From Octopus sinensis (Eukaryota), in the NCBI RefSeq assembly GCF_006345805.1, contig NC_043004.1:14880001-14944000 (forward strand): a DNA stretch of 64,000 nucleotides, read 5' to 3'. Below the pieces are notes generated by a model that saw nothing but the letters and a program-made list of their open reading frames with translations, made no database searches and was not told where the DNA came from. The position numbers and the translations under genes were made by a program. Shown piece after piece: positions 1 through 10,239 of the stretch; the stretch's first letter is position 1, and each line of letters begins with the position of its first letter.

Positions 1-522
1 ATTTCAATATGCCTTAAATACGAGGAATATATTGTAACATCAAATGAGATGGGCAACCAACCTCGAGGAATCAACAATTTTTCACTTTCAGTATATCATA
101 ATGGGAATGTAAATTTGTTTAACGTTTTGTGAGAAGGCCATTATTTTACCCCACGTGGTTTTGACTCAATATGCATCCCCAGCACGACATTGCTATAATT
201 TCATTGCAGCCTGATATGAAACTTAGATACATAGAAAAAGAAGCAGAGAATTTTTAAAACGTTAGAATATTTTCATGAAAACAACGAAAAGTAGCTAAGA
301 AAAGTAACTTAGGACGTCCCCATAAATGTAATGTATTTATCGGTATTGTAATTCGTGGGATTTATCGAGTCATTTTTTTCTTCTCCCCATTTCACTTCCA
401 GCATGTTGCAAGTCTTTCTATATCATTTTTTACCTTCTCTCCAGATATATATTTCTCTGTGCTCGTTTCACAGCTTCGCGTAAGATAAGCTTTTGAAAAT
501 CAGATGTGAACTCGGTAAAATG

Positions 523-523
<1 letters not shown>

Positions 524-600
<77 letters not shown>

Positions 601-648
601 CATGTATATATATACACATATATACATACATACATACATACATACATT

Positions 649-697
<49 letters not shown>

Positions 698-883
698 GTG
701 TGTGTGCATAAATATATGTACGTATGTTTGTATGCGTGCATGTCCCAATGTATGTATACGTGTGGGCTTAGAAATATGAACATATGAGCATATGTTTAAA
801 TATTTTAAGTATATACCTGCACACAAACACAAATATACATGTATATAGATAAATATATATAGTTACATAGGTATGTGTGTATG

Positions 884-966
<83 letters not shown>

Positions 967-1025
967 TTATGTGCGTATAGAATGATGCATGCATATGTAT
1001 GTACGAATGCAAATCTATCTGTACT

Positions 1026-1085
<60 letters not shown>
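524..1085. repeat. (TA)n/(TACA)n microsatellite field, representative of dozens in the window
   Basis: Direct reading; similar fields at about 39790-40085, 40730-40885, 46670-47400, 51880-52400, 54170-54510 and 55670-55985. Confidence 0.97.
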
Positions 1086-1088
<3 letters not shown>

Positions 1089-2110
1089 GATTGTGCCTAT
1101 TAAATGGTGTATTCATAACATGAAATTTTCTACTCTATTTTATTACTTGCTTTCGATTGCTCCCAGCTCTTTAATTGCTTTCTCCAAATAAGAGGCAAAT
1201 TTCAATATGTTAATATTTTTTTAAGTCATTCAGCACAGCACATCCCCCATCTACATTAATATCTCGCTGCCATTTTAGCTACTAACAATGATCACGATTT
1301 TCCTTGAAGCATAAAAATTATATCTTCCCTGATATTAATTCATAATTTCTCGAAGTACTCTCCCCGTAGTGAGAGTCACTAACAATTCCCTCCAAATTTC
1401 TATTTTTTGTCCTCCTAAGGGAAAATTTCCATTCAATGACAATTTCCTGCCTGCGGAATTCGGTGTATCAGCACCTATTTCAAATATTTAAATTCACATT
1501 TTTTTTCTATTGTAGTTATTACATTCAGCGAACATTCTGTGCGTGTGTATAAACATAGGTAGTGAAATAAATACAACTATATATACACAAGCACGCACGC
1601 AGGCACACACAAACACACAAACACAGACATATACACACATACACAATGGAAATGCAAAATTATAGACAAATGAAATAAATAATATTAACAGTGAATATCG
1701 AAGCCTAAAGGGAATTTCGCATTTTTCCATCTAGTGGGTATTTAACCCAATACATTACATTTGATTATTTGTAGATTTTCCCATTACGAGATTCACTGCT
1801 TCACACGCGCACATACACACACATACACACACACACAAACACACACACACACACATATGCATATATATTGTTTTATTTCGTGATGGTTATTTTAATTATT
1901 TATTCTTTTGGCACTGTTATTTTATTATTTTAACGCCTGTCCGTTGTCCGAAAATCTTTCGACACACAGCTGTGAACTCTTCAGCGACACTTATCGTTTC
2001 CGTGTATGTTCGTACTCAACTTACTTCATTCTGTTCTCCTAAGATGTGTATTTTTATGTGCGCATATGATTGTGTCCTTGTTTGTGTGTCTATGTGTGTG
2101 TGTGTTTGTC

Positions 2111-2236
2111 TTTCATCCTTTCGGGGTCGATAAATTAAGTACCAGTTACGCACTGGGGTCGATGGAATCGACTTAATTGCTTTGTCTGTCCTTGTTTGTC
2201 CCCTCTGTGTTTAGCCCCTTGTGGGTAGTAAAGAAA
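2111..2236 (+). mobile_element. SINE fragment
   Basis: ttcatcctttcggggtcgataaattaagtaccagttacgcactggggtcga; related copies at ~26860-27090 (-), ~51130-51300 (+), ~62060-62210 (-). Confidence 0.75.
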
Positions 2237-2328
2237 TATATATATATGCATACATATAGATATACGTATATACATATACATATATACATCTATATATATA
2301 TGTATATATATGTATATGTATATATACG

Positions 2329-2394
<66 letters not shown>

Positions 2395-2752
2395 CATGTA
2401 TATATATATCCTTACTATTGTGAAAAAGTGTCGTAAGTCCAAACCGTTGCTTTCTCGGAAAAGAAAAAATAGATTCACCATGCCATTTCTTTTTACATTG
2501 GTAACTGTTTAAGCCTAACAGTAATACTTTGTTGGGTGCATAAAATCGTAAAACCATGCAGGTATGATACTTTTGAAAAATACGATACCGTTGTAGTACA
2601 CTTTGACAATTTTCCTATCTTGCCATCTGAATCAGCTGGAGATACGATACTTTGACCAAAAGAACAGGCTATTGCAATCAATATTAAATATTGAAAAAGA
2701 AAAATGCATTTGGCCATATTTGGACATGCGACAGTTTAACATAATAGCATCG

Positions 2753-2786
<34 letters not shown>

Positions 2787-3596
2787 TCAGTATATTCAAA
2801 GAAATGAATATAGATAGCTAGCTATGTAGAATTATAGCTAGCCTGTTGGAAGTAGATATTTCTATATTTCAGATGCAGGAATGCAGAATACGAGCGTGTA
2901 TGTATAAATGCACGTCTCGGTGTGTGTTCGAGTGACTCTGTGTAGATGTTTATACATGTATATGAATGTGAGTGTGTATTAAAACTGAACGTGTTCCTCT
3001 GTACCCTGGGAGAAAAATATCTGTTTGAACGAAACTGAAATTCATATTCACTGTTAAATTCGTTTCTAGCTGGATATTCTAACAGCCTAATAGTTACAAT
3101 TTTATCTTTGTCAAGTTATTATAACCTACAAAAATATTTTCTATACTATGTTATCTCTCACTTTATTGCTTATCATGCAGCGTTTGTAACTCCATACTTC
3201 AATTTTATATTTTACGTTTCAGCTTCTATCGCCTACATTAATTCTTGCCGGCAATCGTAGTGTAGTTCTCCCGTCACCATATTTTTTAACGTTTTAACAG
3301 GACATTTTATTATACTTCTATTTAATTTATAATTGTAATTTTGTATTGATTACGTTCTATTGTCAAGTAATTTATGATTTATATTCTTCTTATATTTTTT
3401 CCTTGATTCTTTTACTTCTTTCCGTCGCTTTGATTGCGGCCCTACTAGGGCAAATCGACCCCAGAACTGGTGATTATTTTATTGGCCTCTCTCGCAAAAC
3501 TGCTACGTTATGGGGACATAAACACACCAACACTGTTTCTCATGCTGTGGAGGGGGATAAACACTAGCACAAAAAGCACACACACACACACACACG

Positions 3597-3672
<76 letters not shown>

Positions 3673-4506
3673 CATATATACGACCTTCTTTCAGTTTCTA
3701 TTTTAAAGTGCCATACAGCCACGCCTGTGCCTATATATTCAACTTTTGATAGTGATTTCAATATGCTCGCTTTGATTGCTCCTGGTATTGGGGTAATGCA
3801 TGTAGGAGTAAAAACGACTCCTCGGTTATCTTCTGACAGAATACATCGACTGCGATTTTGTATATAAAGACACAAATATTCATATGAAACCTGCTTAATT
3901 ATACTGACCCAGGTTACCATTTGATTATCTGTATTACTCTATTTCTAAACCCTTTCACCACATATTTCTACACAACATTTCATCTCTATAACATTATTTC
4001 GAACACTAATAAAGAATATCTAAAAAAAACTTGTGTAATAATGGTGGCTTATTCGGGAATTACATAGGTATAGAGGTGAGCCGAGATTCTCTATCTTTCC
4101 GCTGCTTCTTCTCCCTCGTTAAGTTTGTTTATAATATGTTTGCAAATCTTTTATAGAGTTATTCGATAAATTTCTGGAGTTACTTCTATTCACGCTTGTT
4201 TATGATATAAATGATATACGTATAATATTATTAGATTGAGAAACTGTAATAGAGGGCTCTAGTGTGGTGTATTAATTAGTGGTTTCCATTTATTGACGTT
4301 CATCATACTTACGCTCTATTAAACAATAATTTTGAAGAATAATCTAGAATATCATATAAATCACTTGTAGTAATTAACTAAGACTATCTTTACAAATTAT
4401 GCTACACCCATATAAACACACACACATATATATATATATATATGTATATATATGTATGTATATATATACGTATGTACGTTAGTATCTATGTATGCATACA
4501 TATATA

Positions 4507-4543
<37 letters not shown>

Positions 4544-4629
4544 AGACAAATAGACAGTCAGACAAATAGATAGATATGATGTCAGTCCGTTCTTGAGTGC
4601 TACTTGTAACATTCAAGCCAATACGACTC

Positions 4630-5640
4630 GTTGCTTGATGTACGAGATATCGGTGATTGAACCACAACACCACGATGCCTCTTGGTGAATAGAATGCTTT
4701 TTGGATACCAAGTGAAATGACAAATAAGACATGTCAAATAGCAGATGAACTCGACAGTGTCAAAGGTCATCCAGTTATCTATGAGCAACAGATAGTAAGA
4801 AGAAGTCTTTAAGGCAGCTTTTTATTTAGAAAAAAACACATCGCTACCTAAAACTCACTGACACTTCTAATCTCTCAATTGTCGATTTTTCAGATATTTC
4901 ACTGGATCTAAAGTTGCACTCTTATAGACCGTAGAATAAGCCAAACAAGAAACAACATACACAAATAGTCCTGCCACACTCCTATAGTGTTTAAAAATCA
5001 AATAGCTAACCACTCATTGATAAGCAGACCCCTACTATAACAATACCCTAGCTAACTTTCACTTCAAATATAAGTTATATTATAAGGCGTCTTTTAATAA
5101 TACAATTAATGTAAATAGATCTAAGAATAGGTCTAGGTAACTAATGAGGTTCGTTCTCCGCCCTAAATGCTAAAACTAACGTAGGTAAAAGTTATGTTTC
5201 TAGATAAATATTTCCCAGGAAATGATCAATTAAATTATCATATAGCTGCTACTCCAATATGAAGAACATTATTACCCGCAAGCACCACTAAGATTTCACT
5301 CCCAGTTTTGAAAGTCGGAAGTCAGGAGTTTTCACACTCAACAAGAGGTGCATGATAAACTCAGTTAAGTATAAGACAGAGTGTATAGCAATGCTACACA
5401 ACAATAAAACCCAAAAGAATAATTACATCGGGCTATGTGAAGGTGACTTTAAAGGTTACTATGTAAACCACCTATCCTCTTTCCGACAAATGTACAAGAG
5501 TAAAGCCACCAAGTTGACTAGCCAAGTATGGATTTCGAAGAATACCCTCTCAGAATTGAGCTGCAGTGTCGTAGATGTAGACTCCTTCAGTTGATTCAAC
5601 ACCGTCTAGCTTCAAAACTAAACGGTCAAAGGGGATATAG
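4630..5640 (+). mobile_element. Decayed Penelope-like element: RT C-terminal half plus GIY-YIG endonuclease
   Basis: From 4863 TSNLSIVDFSDISLDLKLHSYRP*NKPN (PLE RT pattern NLxxVxFLDVTLDL..YRPYxKPN); then NAKTNVGK and KLSYSCYSNMKNII; ORF 5352-5594 KYKT...NYIGLCEGDFKGYYVNHLSSFR..KATKLTSQVW (YIG-x-x-EG-x-FK-x-x-Y-x-NH-x-SSF). Stops and frameshifts. 5' boundary approximate. Confidence 0.85.
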
Positions 5641-6066
5641 CGCTAAAATCTTTTTTCTTTTTCCTTTTATTTTCCGTTTCTTTTTTCACAATTCCAACTT
5701 TTGAACCTACTTTCATCTCATTTATTTCTAGTGATTTCCTTTGTTCTAATGCTTTGATTTGAAACTATTATAGGCCAAACACCCAGGGTCTGAAGATTAC
5801 TTGGAGATACTAGGCGTGTTTTAAAACATGCCTAGATTATATATATATAGAATAATTAAATCTCAGAATGAGATTGAAACAGTAATCGCTCGATAATGTA
5901 AAGTATAGAAGCCATCTTATCATGGCTAACCACATTGGGGAGGGGGTGTTACTGTAGCTTTATGGCCCCAAGAGATCTTCGTCTCTAGCTGGCTTTAGAC
6001 ACAATATCAGTGTCTTTGGAGTATTTGCAAAGGGAAGTCATCCCTTCCTCGCAAGCCTGAGTGATA

Positions 6067-6109
6067 CGCTCGAACTAGTTTCGGGATTGTTGTCCCTCGT
6101 CAACGGGCG
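6067..6109 (-). ncRNA. Minimal type I hammerhead ribozyme, array copy 1
   Basis: Minus strand CGCCCG-UUGACGA-GGGA(CAACAA)UCCC-GAAA-CUAGU-U^CGAGCG: stem I 5/6 bp, core with C3U, 4-bp stem II, palindromic ACUAGU stem III, GUU cleavage triplet between 6073 and 6072. Confidence 0.8.
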
Positions 6110-6423
6110 GTAACCACCAGGTCGCGATGAAAGAGAAGGCTCCTTTGCAAATAGATATAAGTTTTTCTAATGGCGTCTGCCACTGATGTCGAAAAACGAA
6201 CAGTAAGCATAATTAAAACTCAGAATGAGATTGAAACAGTAATCGCTCGATAATGTAAAGTATAGAAGCCATCTTATCATGGCTAACCACATTGGGGAGG
6301 GGGTGTTACTGTAGCTTTATGGCCCCAAGAGATCTTCGTCTCTAGCTGGCTTTAGACACAATATCAGTGTCTTTGGAGTATTTGCAAAGGGAAGTCATCC
6401 CTTCCTCGCAAGCCTGAGTGATA

Positions 6424-6466
6424 CGCTCGAACTAGTTTCGGGATTGTTGTCCCTCGTCAACGGGCG
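6424..6466 (-). ncRNA. Minimal type I hammerhead ribozyme, array copy 2
   Basis: Identical to copy 1, shifted by 357. Confidence 0.8.
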
Positions 6467-6779
6467 GTAACCACCAGGTCGCGATGAAAGAGAAGGCTCC
6501 TTTGCAAATAGATATAAGTTTTTCTAATGGCGTCTGCCACTGATGTCGAAAAACGAACAGTAAGCATAATTAAAACTCAGAATGAGATTGAAACAGTAAT
6601 CGCTCGATAATGTAAAGTATAGAAGCCATCTTATCATGGCTAACCACATTGGGGAGGGGGTGTTACTGTAGCTTTATGGCCCCAAGAGATCTTCGTCTCT
6701 AGCTGGCTTTAGACACAATATCAGTGTCTTTGGAGTATTTGCAAGGGAAGTCATCCCTTCCTCGCAAGCCTGAGTGATA

Positions 6780-6822
6780 CGCTCGAACTAGTTTCGGGAT
6801 TGTTGTCCCATGTCAACGGGCT
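6780..6822 (-). ncRNA. Variant hammerhead, array copy 3
   Basis: Core reads UUGACAU (G8A, A9U) and the outer stem I pair is lost (AGCCCG); stems II and III unchanged. Confidence 0.65.
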
Positions 6823-7136
6823 GTAACCACCAGGTCGCGATGAAAGAGAAGGCTCCTTTGCAAATAGATATAAGTTTTTCTAATGGCGTCTGCCACTGAT
6901 GTCGAAAAACGAACAGTAAGCATAATTAAAACTCAGAATGAGATTGAAACAGTAATCGCTCGATAATGTAAAGTATAGAAGCCATCTTATCATGGCTAAC
7001 CACATTGGGGAGGGGGTGTTACTGTAGCTTTATGGCCCCAAGAGATCTTCGTCTCTAGCTGGCTTTAGACACAATATCAGTGTCTTTGGAGTATTTGCAA
7101 AGGGAAGTCATCCCTTCCTCGCAAGCCTGAGTGATA

Positions 7137-7179
7137 CGCTCGAACTAGTTTCGGGATTGTTGTCCCATGTCAACGGGCT
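7137..7179 (-). ncRNA. Variant hammerhead, array copy 4
   Basis: Same variant as copy 3. Confidence 0.65.
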
Positions 7180-7301
7180 GTAACCACCAGGTCGCGATGA
7201 AAGTGAAGGCCCCTTTGCAAATACATATAAGTTTTCCTTACGAACAGTAAGCATAATTAGTAAGCATCTTACAGTAAGCATCTTATCATGGCTAACCACA
7301 T

Positions 7302-7450
7302 ATAAAGCTACAGTAACACCCCCTCCCCAATGTGGTTAGTCATGATAAGATGGCTTCTATACTTTACATTATCGAGCGATTACTGTTTCAATCTCATTCT
7401 GAGATTTAATTATGCTTACTGTTCGTTTTTCGACATCAGTGGCAGACGCC

Positions 7451-7454
<4 letters not shown>
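7302..7454 (+). repeat. Inverted partial copy of the 357-bp unit, lacking the HHR
   Basis: ataaagctacagtaacaccccctcccc...ggcagacgccatta is the reverse complement of the unit segment taatggcgtctgcc...ctgtagctttat; followed by (TA)n. Confidence 0.95.
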
Positions 7455-7491
<37 letters not shown>

Positions 7492-8344
7492 GTATATGCA
7501 GTAAATTGACATTAGATAGATTTCTGGAAAGCAATTATATATATATAAACATATATATATATATATATATATACGTATATGCAGTAAATTGACATTAGAT
7601 AGATTGCAGGAAAGCATGAATTGAGCAACAAACCTGAAGCTTTGGAACTAAACCAAATCAGCAATAACGGGTTTAGGTGTAAAGGAATAAAATTACATTT
7701 TTGTCTAATTCGATGATGATGATTCCATAAGTTAGAAGCCTGTTCTAAAAGACGCAAATTTGAACAGAAGACAGAAATATATTTAAGTTGCAGTTAATCT
7801 TCCACGCCTAACGATTTTGAGTTATCAGAATTTTCTTATTTTATGGACTTGTACATGATCTAAAAATTTCTAAGCTCTAGATAATCATGATGGGCTCATT
7901 CTGTGAATTGTCTTTTTTCTCCAGCGAATGAATGAATAACAATTTGAAAGTTTGTATTCCAGTTGTAGCATCCACTGCAGCGGTAAATTTCCTGTATCAT
8001 TTTACTTTAATCCTGAATCATAATTCCTCATTAGGAGATCAAAAATACTCCATTTAACGTCAACATACAATTCAATCACGTACCGTACATCCCCAAGTAT
8101 CTGCAAGTAAGCATCAGTAAGAAGATAATGTGTTTATTCTTCGAACTTTCACGTCTTATCTAACAATACTTATGTTCTCCAGAATCCTATAAATGTTTGT
8201 AATCCTTTTTCTTGTTTCTCATATGTCAAATATACTTTCGAATTACTTTGACGTTTTCCTGATGGTGATGCAGAACAGAATTGCGTGTTATCATGTGTGT
8301 CTCTTCAAGAGCTGCATGCTAATCCTATAAACTATTATTTTTAA

Positions 8345-8385
<41 letters not shown>

Positions 8386-10181
8386 GTGTAAACTAATGAA
8401 GCCTTAAAATGAACTTGATACCAAGTACTTAGCATATAATTAAAAAAGCAAGTATTGCTGTATTTTCGTAGAGTCTTTCAGTTAAAAAGCATTAAAGAAT
8501 TTTACAGGGGCACGGAAAACATTCCTGATGTAATGCAAAATCCTGCATACCACAATGCAAAAACACTTCAAACAAAATGTAGCTCATAAGCATTTCCCAA
8601 ACTATATATATTTTTGAACCTCCATAACCAATCACAAGCGGCAAATGTTGTATACCGAGATTTTTCCATCATAAAAATTTCGAATAAGATATATGTTTAG
8701 AAGGCAGTTCTGGTAACTTTACACGCACCAACACACAGTTCCGTATCACCCCAAAACATTTTTTTGAATTTGAGAGACGAAAGAGCGATTACCTTCATCC
8801 ATCTTTGTGTTAGATAAACCCAATCATTGAAAAACCATCAGAGATATTTCACCTCATCCATACATAGAATCGCCATGTCTAACGCCGTTCTGATACAATC
8901 TTACTTAAAAAATGAAGTAGAGAAAAATTCGACATACTGACAAATGATAAAATTTTCCTCGATATTGTAAAATAACTTTCCTTGATGCATGAGAGACAAC
9001 AAAACATGACCTATACTACTTAAACTCTTTAAATTATCAGAGCACTTTAAAACCTTCACTGTTTACGCCGCCAGAAAGAAATGGATTATGTTTATCAACT
9101 TTTTCAAATAAATTCAGCAAAGAATCTAACAGACGCTATTTTCTAGTAGGCAGTTGACTAAAGTAACTGTAGCACGTGAATCGTATCACTATTTACATAT
9201 TAAACGCGTTACAGTTGTACAGCAGCCCTGTGATCAAAGTTTTATCAGTTATGATAACTTTTGATAACCCATTCCTCTTTTCAGGAATATCTTTTTCTCG
9301 GACACTATACTTTGTGTGAGTTTCCTTCATTGAAAAAAAAAAAAAAACAGTTGTAATATGACGTACACTTGAATGGTATTTGACTACGGCAATTAACCTA
9401 GTAGATGCATACTCATAAGCTGGAAAGCAAGTAATGAAATTACAACAACTGCTCATGCCATCTGATCTTTAAAAAATCAACTAAAGTAAACCATGTTTTT
9501 GCTTCCAAGCTCGTTGTTTCCTTTCATGTTTGCATCTCATCTACTTCCATCAGATATAATTGCAAATCAGGCAAATGGAATGGTGACGAAAAGAAGAATA
9601 TTTAACGTACGAGTGTAACCAACAAGATGAATGGAACAAAAACTTCAGATGCATGTGTCTTTATAAAGTACGACAAAAAAAAGAAGCAAGCAGGAAAATG
9701 GAGAAAAAAATCGTAGCTATGCAGAATATTGTGGAAATCTACGTAGGCTGCTTTAGAGTCAAATATATTATCCAATTATAGAGGAAAACAAGTGTGAATT
9801 AAGTATTTCAATATTAAATAGATGACGGTCTCTTCAAAAGTAGATTACTATTTACGCATTCAGATTTATAAGACTATTGTGATTTATACTGAACATACAT
9901 AGAAACGTTCAAAAATAGTATATTTCATGTGTCTCGTAGCAATGTTAAATTTCTTAACTGCCAATATACTTTTTTATGTAAGTCCACTATATGTGTGTGT
10001 GTTTGTATGTTCATGTTTGTGTTTATATGTGATGTGTATTCACACACACACACCCACACATATAGATATATATATACATATATATATATATACACATATG
10101 TGTGTATGTATGTGTGATATGTATTCATATAAAGTATTATACATATAAATAAATAAATAGATATATATATATATATATGTT

Positions 10182-10239
<58 letters not shown>

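Larger units (their letters stand above)
5852..7240 (-). mobile_element. Tandem array of a 357-bp hammerhead-containing unit (candidate retrozyme / non-autonomous Penelope-like derivative)
   Basis: Anchor ctcagaatgagattg recurs at 5862, 6219, 6576, 6932 (periods 357, 357, 356). Copies are nearly identical, non-coding, with one type I HHR motif each on the minus strand. Confidence 0.85.

Noticed and set aside
3564-3920. 118-aa ORF with partial sushi-like Cys spacing
   Set aside because: Lacks the conserved Trp and splice boundaries, and runs into a SINE remnant and (TA)n.
6182-6203. Plus-strand CTGATGTCGAAAAACGAAC in the unit as a second, opposite-polarity HHR
   Set aside because: A9 is missing, there is no stem II and no matching stem I.
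5852-7240. Array as CRISPR, tRNA/rRNA cluster or coding repeat (ORFs 7108-7299, 7369-7617)
   Set aside because: No repeat-spacer alternation, cloverleaf or rRNA similarity; the ORFs are short and not shared consistently across units.
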